Shown here: positions 36,809 to 48,659 of the stretch, piece after piece | How positions within the stretch are numbered: the stretch's first letter is position 1 | How the letters are laid out: the number at the start of each line of letters is the position of its first letter | From: Mobula hypostoma | Taxonomy: Eukaryota | Assembly (NCBI RefSeq): GCF_963921235.1 | Contig: NC_086124.1 | Coordinates: forward strand, 16,368,001-16,432,000 | Length of the DNA stretch: 64,000 bases | Reading direction: 5' to 3' | Notes under the pieces: model-generated | Databases searched by the model: none | The model's input: only the letters and a program-made list of their open reading frames with translations | What the model was told of the DNA's origin: nothing | Translations under genes and position numbers: made by a program

Positions 36809-37138
36809 CTTTCTTCACAGAAGCCTCAAGAAAGCTGACATTGCCCCATCAACATGGGAGGATCTGGCTTAAGATCGCTCACAGTGGAGGGACACCATCA
36901 GAAAAGGTGTGGCCGCTGCTGAGAACAAGCTCAACGAGGCAAGGAGGAAAGGCACAGGAAGCGCCACAACAGAGCTTCTGACCCTGCTGCCCCTCCAGGC
37001 CCCACCTGCAAAGTTTGTGGCAAGCACTGCCTGTCGAGGATCAGCCTGTACAGCCACTCCAGGACACACATATCAAACCCCTCTAACTGACTGAAAGGAA
37101 CCATCATCATCCTATGGGTCGGATAGCCAGAGAGAGAG
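36809..37138 (+). mobile_element. RTE-like LINE 3' end nested in Rex
   Basis: TWEDLA.DRSQWR and PTCKVCGKHCLSRISLYSHSRTH, a (GA)n tail, and tatc on both sides. Confidence 0.7.
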
Positions 37139-37542
37139 TATCGTCTGACACAGCGGTGTCAAGAAAACAACCTCTCCCTCATGTCACAAAAACAAAGGAG
37201 CTGGTTGTGGATTACAGGAGGAATGGAGACGGGCTAACCCCTCTTAACATCAATGGATCTGGGGTTGAGAGGGTAAACAGCTTAAGTTCCTTGGCATCCA
37301 CATCACCGAGGACCTCACATGGCCTGTACACACCAGCTGTGTGGTGAAAAAAGCACAACGGACGGTTGAGGAAGTTTGGTATGGGCCCCCAAATCCCAAG
37401 AACTTTCTACAGAGGCACAAGTGAGAGCATCCTGACTGGCTGCATCACTGCCTGGTATGGGAACTGTACCTCCCTTAATCACAGGACTCTGCAGAGAGTT
37501 GTGCGCACAGCCCAGCCTATCTGTAATTGTGAACGTGCCATG

Positions 37543-38312
37543 AAAACAGATTATTATCTGAATGGTGGCCGATTAGAAAAAGGGGAGGTGCAACGAGACC
37601 TGGGTGTCATTATACACCAGTCATTGAAAGTGGGCATGCAGGTACAGCAGGCGGTGAAAAAGGCGAATGGTATGCTGGCATTTATAGCGAGAGGATTCGA
37701 GTACAGGAGCAGAGAGGTACTACTGCAGTTGTACAAGGCCTTGGTGAGACCACACCTGGAGTATTGTGTGCAGTTTTGGTCCCCTAATCTGAGGAAAGAC
37801 ATCCTTGCCATAGAGGGAGTACAAAGAAGGTTCACCAGATTGATTCCTGGGATGGCAGGACTTTCATATGAAGAAAGACTGGATGAACTGGGCTTGTAGT
37901 CGTTGGAATTTAGAAGATTGAGGGGGGATCTAATTGAAACGTATAAGATCCTAAAGGGATTGAGCAGGCTGGATGCAGGAAGATTGTTCCCAATGTTGGG
38001 GAAGTCCAGAACAAGGGGCCACAGTTTGAGGATAAAGGGGAAGCCTTTTAGGACCGAGATTAGGAAAAACTTCTTCACACAGAGAGTGGTGAATCTGTGG
38101 AATTCTCTGCCACAGGAAACAGTTGAGACCAGTTCATTGGCTATATTTAACAGGGAGTTAGATATGGCCCTTGTGGCTACGGGGATCAGGGGGTATGGAG
38201 GGAAGGCTGGGGCGGGGTTCTGAGTTGGATGATCAGCCATGATCATAATAAATGGCGGTGCAGGCTCGAAGGGCCGAATGGCCTACTCCTGCACCTATTT
38301 TCTATGTTTCTA
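37543..38312 (+). mobile_element. Young 5'-truncated CR1 insertion nested in Rex
   Basis: RDLGVIIHQSLK...LVRPHLEYCVQFWSP...NFFTQRVVNLWNSLP with only one stop; ttctatgtttctatg tail. Confidence 0.92.
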
Positions 38313-39593
38313 TGATTCAGGACATTTACAAGGACTGGTGTTCATTGGGGACCCAAGCCATCCCGACCAGAATCAGTTCCAGCTGCTACCATCCGGGAAG
38401 TGGTTCTGCAGACTGATGAACTCACGCTGATTTGTGTGTACTCTACACTGACTGTTCTATTTATTATAAATTACTGATTCCACATTGCACATTTAGGTGC
38501 AAACGTAACGTAAAGATTTTTACTCCTCATTAATGTGAAGGATGTAAGAAATAAAGTGAATTTAATTCAATCTCCCCTCTTTAGCAGGGATCGGTGCTTG
38601 GTCAGTGTCTGTTTGTCATTACGTCAACGATCTGGATGACAATACTATAACATCGATCAACAAATTTGCGGATTGGCACTAAGATTGGGGATGTAGCGGA
38701 CAACGAGGAAGCTTTTGAAACTTGCAGTGTGATCTGGGAATTATTCGGTAAGGTGGTGTCACAGGTAGCGAGCCCATAGAGAGAACTCCAGGCGCATTGG
38801 CCTTCATAAATCAAAACATTGAGTGCAGAAGTTGGGATGTTATACTGAAGTTGAATAATACATTGATAAGGCCTAATTTAGAGTACTATGTGCAGTTCCG
38901 GTCACCTACCTACAGTTTAACATCTGCCCCAGAAAACATTTGAGGCTCTAACAAAGAGAGGCGGGAATGTAAGTAGTGAAGATGAGGCAATGAGGGGAGA
39001 TTATGGGAGTAAATGCATTTTTGCAAGTTAACTATGCAACTAAGCATGTTCTCTAAATGTTCACAGACAAAAGAATATTATCTGAAGAGGCTGAAAGATT
39101 AACAGCTTTTACATTTGCTGCCCGAGCTGTGTTTTACCTGAATTTCAGGACTCTGGTCTCCGCGTTTGTTCTTTTTCCAGAATATCAGTGATTAATTTTC
39201 GGAGAAATGAGTACAAACCTTAAGAATTTTTATATCAGTTATTCAGGACGTTCGGTAGTAATGTTACAGACTAACCTACCATATGGAACCGAAGTGAAAA
39301 TAAAATTGATCCCAACCATCTCTCCGGGGAACATACACAACAAAAAAACCTCCCCAGCTCCGGAAGCAATTCAGAAAACCACCTCGGTTTGTTTAGAAAA
39401 AAAACTGTAGAAAATAAATTACAATGATTTTCGTGTTTCTCTAAAAAGAAATTCCTCAGATATTTTTCGCAGTGACAGGGAAACCCAGTCCTTTCCTCAG
39501 CACTCATGGTATGCGCAGGACAGCCTCTTCACAGACACTGTGAGTGGCTCTGAAAAGAACTTTTAGGTAAGCTGGGTCTCATATTCTGTCCCC

Positions 39594-39952
39594 TCACTTA
39601 TTAGTTCCGCCGGTTTTCTTGGGCAACAACACGGCCTGGATCTAGGTTAACACTCCACCCTGGGCAATTGGCATTCCATCCAGCAGCTTGTTTAGCTTCT
39701 CGTCTTTGCGGTCTGCCAGCTGCAGATGCCTGGGGATGCTGCGGGTCTTTTTGTCGTCCCGGGCCACGTTGCCGGCCAGCTCAAGGATTTCAGTCGTCAG
39801 ATACTCGAGCACAGCGGCCAGAAGAACCAAGGCTCCGACACCCACCCGCTCAGCATAGTTGCCCTTTCTCAAGAGCCTATGAACACCACCCAATGTGAAC
39901 TGCAGTCCGGCCCGGAACGAGCTTTCCTACCGGTTTTTCTTTATCCATTCAT
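39594..39952 (-). pseudogene. H2A pseudogene, unit 4 (least deleted)
   Basis: ATG AAT GGA TAA gives a stop at codon 4. It also has a ~22-nt frameshifting N-terminal deletion, a premature TAG at 39642-39644 and a broken stem-loop at 39546-39561, but it retains PRHLQL...KLL. Confidence 0.95.
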
Positions 39953-40421
39953 TTCAACGAGATCAGCACACAGAGAATAAGGAAATGTTTCCGGCCGTCG
40001 GCCTTCTTGTATTTCCTGCGGGGATGCCAGGAAACATTTAGGATTGGTGCAACAACGCCTAATCTCATTGGAGAGAGCTAATAAACCAATAAGAGAGCCG
40101 ACTTATTTACCAATCAAAATCAAAAGCGCGGAATTAACTGCTTACCCGCCGAAAATTAACTGAAACTTGAGAACAGCCCGCCAAAAACCTTCGTTGAAAA
40201 TTAGTCAAACCATTGCAGATATTTGTCGATTAATTCTCTGCATTATTCCATTACTGAAGTTCGCCACATCTAATGTTTGAGAGTAGCTAATATTACAGAA
40301 GTGTCTGGAGATTTCATTGCTCTTCTCAAATTATGGTTGGAATTTTGCGTAGTTTTAACAAATTATAGGTGAAAGAACCATTTGGCATTGAAATCGGATT
40401 CACAGAACATGGCCAGATATG

Positions 40422-40462
40422 CAGCTCTGTTAACGATATAGTGAGTGGCTCTTAAAAGAGCC
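40422..40462 (-). terminator. Histone stem-loop and HDE, H2B unit 4
   Basis: GGCTCTTTTAAGAGCC at 40447-40462 followed by AACAGAGCTG. Confidence 0.95.
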
Positions 40463-40494
40463 TTTGGGTTTTCGGTTTGTTTTGGCAGCACTCT

Positions 40495-40866
40495 TCACTT
40501 GGAGCTGGTGTACTTGGTCACTGCTTTTGTCCCTTCCGACACGGCGTGCTTGGCCAGCTCCCCGGGCAGCAGCAGGCGCACGGCGGTCTGGATCTCCCGG
40601 GAGCTGATGGTCGACCGCTTGTTGTAATGGGCTAGACGGGAAGCCTCGCCAGCGATGCGCTCGAAAATATCGTTCACGAACGAGTTCATGATGCTCATAG
40701 CCTTGGATGAGATGCCGGTGTCGGGATGAACCTGCTTCATCACTTTGTAGATGTAGATGGAGTAACTCTCCTTCCTCAGCCTCCTACGCTTCTTGCCAGA
40801 CTTGCCGGATGGTTTCGGCAGCGCTTTCTTAGCGCCCTTCTTGGGAGCGGGCTTCTGATCGGGCAT
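40495..40866 (-). CDS. H2B: Replication-dependent histone H2B, unit 4
   Basis: Intact 123-aa H2B ORF from the ATG at 40866, with stem-loop at 40447-40462. Confidence 0.98.
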   Translation of the reverse strand: MPDQKPAPKKGAKKALPKPSGKSGKKRRRLRKESYSIYIYKVMKQVHPDTGISSKAMSIMNSFVNDIFERIAGEASRLAHYNKRSTISSREIQTAVRLLLPGELAKHAVSEGTKAVTKYTSSK

Positions 40867-40917
40867 TTCTTCCGTGGAGTTCAGATTCAATTAAAAGAAG
40901 AACCTGCGGAGTGGCAC

Positions 40918-41075
40918 TTAAATAGGAAACGCTGACGGTGGTATGCTAATACAGGAATGGGGTTTCCGAGCATATTCATTGGATACTTGGAGAAACGAAT
41001 CAACCATCGAATTTATTTCCACAAATCATTTCATTGGATATCAAAGATTAAAAATATAGTCGCTCGCACCACCAA
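40918..41075 (-). promoter_or_regulatory. H2B promoter, unit 4
   Basis: TATTTAA, half-CRE TGACG, ATGCTAAT at 40943-40950, CCAAT boxes. Confidence 0.85.
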
Positions 41076-42411
41076 TCAGAAGCTTCGCCCAGACTGCGGA
41101 CCTGGACCCATGCCAACCCGTGGCGTTTCTCTGTGCCGTTTACTGCGGCATGAGGGATAAGAGGGTAAAGCGAGAGTTGTGGCTGACATTAAACAAAGGA
41201 AAATGTTAAATACAAATGGACTTCAAATAAACTCACATTCAGATGAAAAGTTCAAAATAAATTTATTATCGAAGTGCATATATGTTACCATCAACAAGCA
41301 TGGTTCATTTTCTTGCGGGCAGACTCCATACATTGATAACAGAATACTAGGTTTCATAGAATAAATGGGAGATTGCATCAATCTGGGCATTTAACCAGTG
41401 TGCAAAAGAAACAAATAAAAAAGAAAGATAATATTAATAAATAATAAGCAATATACATTGAGAATATGAGTTGAAGGGTCGCTGAAAGTGAGATCAAGTT
41501 GAGTTAACGTTTCAATGATGAAGTGAATTTATCCCCTTTGGTTCAAGAGTCTGATGTTTGAGGAATAATAACCATTCCTGAAACCAATGGTGTGAGTCCT
41601 GAGGCTTTTAACTTTGTCCTGATAGCAGAGTGAGAAAAGAGCATGTCCTGGGTGGTGGGGGTCCCTGCGATGGAGTCCCTGCGATGGAGTCACTTTTAAG
41701 GAGCTATGATCTTGGATCCCAAGATTTCCATGCTAAGCAACAATGTTGAGGACCTGTACTGTAAGTTGCTTATTTCATGGTCAAGGGCTGCAAGAGACCG
41801 ACTGAGAAAATTCAGTTATCAGAAGGGCAAAGGGACTTGTACAAGTTTCCAAAAGGCTAACTTGCAAATTCTGTCAAAGGTAAGGAAGTGAAATGAAAAG
41901 TTTCTATTCATTTCAAGATGCTTAAAATATAAATGCAAGGAAATAATATTGAGGCATAATAAAGCATTTGTCATTCCGCTTGAGTACCATAAGCAGTTTT
42001 GAACCCTTCATCTAAGAAAGGATGGGCTGGCATTGGACAGTGTCTAGAGGAGCTTCGCGAAATTTATCATGGGAATGAAAATGTTAATGTTTGAGGAGAG
42101 TTTATTGGCTCTGGCCCAGTACTGGAGCACTTACCAATATCTTTAACTTCTCACTTTGGCAGTCTGAGTTATCCATCTGCTTCAAGCAGGCTTCAATCAT
42201 ACCGATGCCTCAGAAGAACGTGGTAATATGCCTTATTGTTTACCATCCAGTAGCACTTACATCCACTGTGGTGAAGTGCTTTGAGAGGTTGATAATGAAG
42301 CACACCAACTCTGGCCTGATAAGTGACTTGGATTTGTTCCATTTTGCCTGTAGCACAATAGATCCACACTAATGGTATTGCATTGGCTCATCACTTTACC
42401 CTGGAACCTCA

Positions 42412-43500
42412 ACATAGAACATAAAACAGTGCAGCATTGAAACAGGCTATTTCACCCACAATGTTGTTTCAAACCAGCTAAAAGTCAAATCAAAAACACC
42501 TAAACACTAATCCCTCCTACATAGAGCACCATCCATCTTCCTTCTGTCCATGTGCCTATCCAAGCATCTCTTAAAGTCCCCAAATGTATTTGCCTCTACC
42601 ACCATAGCAAGGAATGCATCCCAGACAACTACAATTCTCTGAGTTAAAAACTTCCCCCTCTCAGCTTCAATGCATGTCCTCTGGAATTAGGCATTTCAAC
42701 CCTGGGAAACAGATACTCTCTGTCCACTCTATCTATGCCTGTCATAATCTTGTGAACCTCTATCAGATCTTCCCTCAGCCTCTGGCACTCCAGAGAAAGC
42801 AAGCCGTTTATCCGGCTTCTTATAATAGGCATGCCCTCTAAACCAGGCAGCATTCTGGTAAACCTGTTCTGTGGCTAAAGGGATCAGGGGGTATGGAGGG
42901 AAGGCTGGTGCAGGGCTCTGAGTTGGGTGGTCAGCCATGATCATACTGAATGGCGGTGCAGGCTCGAAGGGCTGAATGGCCTACTCCTGCACCTATTTTC
43001 TATGTTTCTATGTACCCTCTCCAAAACCTCAACATCCCTCCTGTAGAAGGACCTCCAGAACTGTGTGAAACAATTCAGGCGTGGCCTAACTAGAGTTTTA
43101 TAAAGTTGCAATGTAACCTCCTGACTTTTGAACTCAATGCCTTCTTTAATAAAAGCAAACATTCTATAAGCCCTCTTACAATCCATTTTGTGTAGCCAGT
43201 TTCAAGGAGCTATGAACTTTGATCTGAAGATCTCTCTGTTCAGCAACACTGTCAAAGATCTTCCCCTTAACATTTGCCCTACCAAAATGCAACACATTAC
43301 ATTTACCTGGGTTAAACTCCATCTGCCATTTCTCAGCCAATAGTGTGAGGTCTGCCCACAATGATTCAACACTTTCCAACCCTATGTCACCTCTTTCTAA
43401 TGATTTCATTACATTGTTTTTTACCAACAGAGTCACACCACCCACTCTGCCTACCTCCCTCTTCTTTTGATACCACGTGCATCCTTACACATTAAGCTAC
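42412..43500 (-). mobile_element. Nested CR1 3' fragments
   Basis: ORFs 42644-42853, 42941-43186 and 43176-43445; a plus-strand CR1 3' UTR at ~42868-43012. Confidence 0.75.
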
Positions 43501-43546
43501 CAGCTATAATCTTCTTTCAACATGATCCAGTGATGCCAACATCACA

Positions 43547-43875
43547 CAAGTGGTGATTGATAAGTTCGTGGCCTAAGGTAGAAGAAGTCAATCTTAGAAA
43601 ACCTAGCACATTTATCTTTCAATATAGTCCCCTCTTACATTTACACACTTAGTCCAGTGGTCGTGGAGCATACGGATCCCTTCTTTGTAGAAGTCGGCAT
43701 CTTGGACCTCCAGAAAGTGGTCCACAGCAGGGATGATTTATACGTTTGTGGCCTATGGTAGAAGGAGATGAGTAATTAACCTCAAACTATCTGCATAATC
43801 ACTCAAACAGTTGAACTGCACGTGCATGTAACGAGAGTGGTATTACTCATCTCCTTCTACCTTACGCCACAAACT
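43547..43875 (-). mobile_element. Non-autonomous mariner derivative (transposase C-terminus plus TIR copies)
   Basis: Minus strand reads AVDHFLEVQDADFYKEGIRMLHDHWTKCVNVRGDYIER-stop. The TIR-like gtggcctaaggtagaag occurs at ~43568 and ~43748 and is inverted at ~43852-43871. Confidence 0.75.
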
Positions 43876-45060
43876 CCCCAGTGCAAACTCACTGATGTAG
43901 CTCTAGTTCAAATGACAGAGTGAATCCTTTCACGCAGTCTCAAAAGGTGAAAGACCTCAGCCCAATGTGAACTGACTGGTGTGTCAGTCGTTGAGATGAA
44001 CAGGCAAATCCTTTTCCTCAGTCAGAGCAGTTTGACAGCCTCTGCCCGGTGTGAACTGATTGGTGTCTCTGTAGACTGGATGACTGAGTGAACCCCCTCC
44101 CACACATAGAACAGGTGAACAGTCTCTTCCCAGTGTGAACTCACTGGTGTTTCTGTATGGTGGATAATTGTGCAAATCCCTTCCCACAATCTAAGCAGAT
44201 GAAAGGCTTCTCTCAAGTGTGAACTAACTGGTGTGCCTGTAGTTGAGATGACTAAGTGAATCTCTTCCCGCAGTCTGAGCAGGCAAATGCCTTCTCCCCA
44301 GTGTGAATTCGCTAATGCATCTTCAGTTGGGATGACTGAGTGAATCCCTTCCCACAGTCTGAGCAGATGAACGGTCTCTCTCCAGTGTGAACTCACTGAT
44401 GTGCCAGTAGTTGAGATGACAGGATAAATCCCTTCCTACTGTCTGAGCAGGTGAATGATCTGTCCCCAGTGTGAACTCGCTGGAGTCTGTGTAGGTTGAT
44501 TAACTGAGTGAACCTTTTCCCACATTCTGAGCAGGAGAATGGTCTCTCTCCAGTGTGAACTCGCTGGTGTGCCAGTAGGTCAGATGAATGGTTGAATGCC
44601 TTCCTACAGTCTGAGCAGGTAACCCGCTTCTCTCAAGTGTGAATTCGCTGATGTACCTTCAGTTGAGATGACCGAGTGAATCCCTTCCCACAATCCGGAC
44701 AGGTGAACAGCTTCTCTCCAGTGTGAATTTGCTGGTGTCTCTGTGCTTTGGATGACTGAGTAACTCCCATCCCACAATCTGAACAGATGAACAGACTCTC
44801 CCCAGTATGAACTCATCGATGTCTCTGTAGGTCAGGTGACCAAATGACTGTCTTAACACAGTCTGAGCAGGTGAACGGCCATTCCTCAGTGTGAACTCGC
44901 TGGCGTCTCCGCAGATGGCAGGACTATGTAGATCCTTTCCCACAGTTCTCTATCAATTCTCTGGCATCATTTCAGCTGCCAGACGCAGTGAATCCCTCAC
45001 ACAGTCAATGCACTTAAAGGACTGATCTCTGGTGAACAAAAGCTGATGTGATCTCAGCTC
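43876..45060 (-). pseudogene. C2H2 zinc-finger tandem array (~13 fingers), pseudogene
   Basis: An 84-bp period encodes [19 protein letters not shown]. In-frame stops occur (e.g. GST-stop near 44925), and the ORF track has no long ORF in the finger frame. Confidence 0.9.
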
Positions 45061-47169
45061 CCTGGTTCCAGTCGATTACACTGAATTACAATAGAAAACT
45101 TCATTTCAGATACAAAGAACATTTCCAACTGGGATGAAATAACATCATCTCCAAGGATCAATAACAAATATATTGATAAACCAAAGGAAATATCTGGTCA
45201 CTTCATAATTATCTGGACAGAGACGGCAAAACAGACGGGTTGTTGTGTTTGCAAGTCCCCAGCCCAAATGCTTTGCCGTTACCAATCTAAAAAAATTACA
45301 AAAGACATCAATGTGTGAAGTATGACATTTTAAATGAGATAATTTTCATCTCTAGGCTGAGATCTAAGATCACGCATTACAGCAAGTGATCCTGGAGACA
45401 TCACTTGATCCCAGATGCAGATACCTGACATCTGCCTCCTCCATTTCCCTAAGCAGTGCCCATTTATCCCCCATCACCGAGTGCTTAACATTGGCACTTT
45501 GCCCTTCACTCTAAGAGGAAAATGCTGAGTTTGAACACTCATCAGGAAAACATTCTCCACTTGATAGACATTGCTTCACTTGGAAACAGCCTCTCGCAAT
45601 CAGCCTGTTCCCGTTTTTGTTTTAGATATCTGAAATTTGCAGCTCATTTGAACTTCATGTGTTTCTACAACTGGTCGTAGTAAAGATCTGTGCCCTTACA
45701 GTACAATGCCATTGATGTTTATTAGTTATTCGTGTTGTATTTTGTTAAATCTCTGTACTTGTATTAGAAAGCTGCATGTTGTACTAGTCTGTGACCTCAC
45801 TGGCCGTTGCTGTGCTCGGGCAGGTCAGTACATTTTCAATAGTGTCAGTGTTTTTTATAGAATCAGAATTATTATCACCAGCATATGTCAGGAAACTTGT
45901 TAACTTGCAGTATAAGTACAATGCAATACATGATAGATATATTTTGAAAAGAAGAAATTAAAATAAGTTGTGCAAAAACAGAAACAAGAGAAGTAGTGAG
46001 ATAGTGTTCATGGGTTCAATGTCCATTTAAAAATTGGTTTGTAGAAGGGAAGAAGCAGTTCTTGAATTGCTGAATGTGTGTTTTCAGGCTCCTGTACTTC
46101 CTGATGGTAAGAACAAGAAGAAGGCATGTCCTGGGTGGTGGAGGGTCCTTAATGATGGATGACGTCTTTACGAGGCATCACTCCTTGAAGATATCTTGGA
46201 TGGTACAGAAGCTAGTACTGATGATGGAGCTGACTAATTTTATCTCAATGTTCTGCAGCTTACTTCAGTCCTGTGTAGTAGCTCCCATACCAGATGCATT
46301 CCTGGCCTCCCCAAAAGTAAGTGCTGTTTAATTTCATGGCTGCAGTTACCACCAAAAGCTAACCCACTATAAAAGACAAGTTCCTAAGGTTGTCGTAGCT
46401 GGGATGGTAGTAGGGATAAGCTCCCACTCTATAGCATGCAACTCTAATAGCCTCTGATAACAAAGTCCAACTCTTGGTATTCACATGTAGCTTTGCTACT
46501 AGGGCTGACGGAACTGTTTATACTGACAAAAGGAGGGGCAAAGGTGGACCAGTGGTGCCTCAAAACCAGTTGCTTTGGGCAGTTTGATGTCATCTACATC
46601 TTCACTCTGGCAACTTCTGTGATGATACTGGTGCCAGGCTGCATCAGTGCTTGTCCTTCTCTTGGACTACTTCAGCGACACGGAGAGGGGGAGCCTGCTG
46701 CATGGGCAATAGCCAGTTCTTCAAATCTTCACACGCAGGCTTGTGCCCTGGAGAGGACATAGTCCCCCAGAGACGTAAACCCATGATCCCCTGGGATCAA
46801 CAGCTGCCTACTGCTACTATCAAAGACACATAGACAGAAAGATGCCGCAAGAAAGCCAGCAATATAATGAAGGATCCCTAATCTGTTTATGGACTGTTTG
46901 TCCCACTCCAATCAGAGAAGAGGCTACACAACATCGGCACTAAACTCAATACCAGTTACTTCCCTTAAGCCTGAAGGTTGATCAACACATCCAGCCATTA
47001 ACCCCTCCACTACCGCTACATTTACCTCACCATTGACCCCCTCACTACCAGTACAGGCTTGGTTACAATTTCGATTTCCTTCCCCAGATACTGCTTTTGC
47101 ATGGAAATATCTCCTTATGAAGACTTATTTTGCAAGAAAGCTTCAGTAATTGATGTACGATAGTTCCAA

Positions 47170-47360
47170 TGGCTCCTCTGATTGACAGCTCACTCCGCCA
47201 CTCTTTTGGCTCCAATCACGCGAGGCACTGCGCTTGCCGAACAATTTGAGAGTTGACATCAGAAAGCAATCTAAGTCCTGTTGTCGTTCCCCGGCAACTG
47301 GCCAGTGAGTGGGCGAATCCCGGTACCGGAAGCATAGCTGTTGAGGATTGGACTACATTA
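47170..47360. promoter_or_regulatory. CpG-rich promoter-like patch (CCAAT, RFX X-box, ETS)
   Basis: ccaat at ~47212, GTTCCCCGGCAAC at 47286-47298 and ACCGGAAG at 47325-47332, with local CpG retention. Confidence 0.5.
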
Positions 47361-47629
47361 TGAGTTGTATGGAGGAAGGCCAGTGGCAGGTTTCTTTGAA
47401 ATGGAAATATCAGTGACAGATTGAGGATTGTCATGGTTTAACGTCCGGTCACATAGGCAAGTAGACAGGATGTAAGTAAGAAAAGGAAACGAGACGTTTC
47501 ACTAGATATTTGAATGCACATGTGACAAATAACGATAAACGTTAAAAAAGAAGGAAGAGTTAAAGGTAGAAAACAGGATTTAAATTAAGTAGGAAGGAAG
47601 AGTTTAAAAACACAAGATATTCTACAGAT

Positions 47630-47830
47630 CTTAAACACGAGAAATTCTCAAATGCTGGAAGTCAAAGCAACACACACAAAATGCTGGAGGAACTCATCAG
47701 ATCAGGTAGCATCTATGGAAGTGCATAAACAGTCGTTTCGTGCCGAGACCCTTCATCGGGACTGGAAAGGAAGAGGGAATATGTCAGAATAAAAAGTTGG
47801 GAAGGAGGAGAAGCTGGAAGGAGATAGCTG
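47630..47830 (-). mobile_element. Penelope pseudo-LTR fragment with degenerate hammerhead
   Basis: gcaacacacacaaaatgctggaggaactc...gtttcgtgccgagacccttcatcgggact. Confidence 0.7.
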
Positions 47831-48659
47831 GGTGGGGGAGGAGGTATCGAGAGAGAGACTGAAAGAGATATTGTGGGTGCAAAACCTTTAAGGGATGAAG
47901 GCAGTATTAGTGTTTTTTAAAGACAAGTTTCAATAGGTGCATTTAATGTCAGAGAAATTGATACAATATACATCCTGAAATTCTTTTTCTTTGCAAACAT
48001 CAACAAAAAGAAAGGAGCCCCCCAAAGTATGAATGACAGTTAAACGTTAGTAAGCAATGAGAGAAATCTTTTCGGTTAAAAGCTGTGGGAAGAAACGAAG
48101 TAGCACCAAGTAATTATATGAGATGACAGTGGCTTTGGGGAGTAATCACAGGAATGTCTCCAGATAAAAATAATTTACTTTGGGGAAAAGTTGTGGATGC
48201 CAAATGTTTAAATGTGTTTCATGGCAGAGTAAGGACAGATAGCTCATTGGTGTTGATTAAATTTGATGGAATAAAGTTGCCTGATAGGATTTATCAAGGT
48301 AATATGAGTTATATGTTTCAATTATATCAGTTATATGAGGTGTTTTCATAGCCAGAAGTTTGGCAGCTGTTTGTAAGGGTAAAATGTGGTGTGACTCCCA
48401 TCTAATCATGGGACAATTTATGTTTATGATGGAGAGGGGTGGAGAAGGCAGAGATGGAACTGCTGAGCTGCTACTTGCTTTTTCCCTTTATGGGAATGGA
48501 CTGGTGGAGCTGACTTTTTCTCCACTGTGGGCATCTGCCTCTTCTCGTCCTGACTGCTGACCAGGAACAGTGAGTGGCTGTCAGTGCTTTACTGCACCGC
48601 CTCCCTGCCTCAGGTTACCTATTTTCACTGTTGGGATCACATTCCTCCTTGAAATCTAT

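Larger units (their letters stand above)
36430..38570 (+). mobile_element. Rex1/Babar-type LINE 3' half, interrupted by RTE-like and CR1 insertions
   Basis: RMLFLDYSSAFNTIV...WILDCL, NFANDTTLIGLI, KTKELVVDYRR and FYRGTSESILTGCITAWYG; aataaagtgaatttaattcaat tail. Confidence 0.88.
1..41660. repeat. Tandem segmental duplication array of a spacer-psiH2A-H2B unit (4 units plus partial flanks)
   Basis: Collinear homologous blocks recur. For example, ttgtggctgacattaaaca occurs near 88, 6522, 31117 and 41177; the CR1-LTR junction occurs at 9444, 19493 and 33545; and psiH2A-H2B pairs occur at 1.9, 13.9, 29.5 and 39.6 kb. Confidence 0.95.

Noticed and set aside
43984-44943. ORFs such as MSSHWRETVHLLRLWEGIHS as a novel repeat protein
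   Set aside because: They are alternative-frame translations of the 84-bp C2H2 zinc-finger repeat.
46390-46830. Possible RTE 5'-UTR-derived repeat with an HDV-like ribozyme
   Set aside because: The resemblance is from memory only, and I could not fold a nested double pseudoknot from this degenerate copy.
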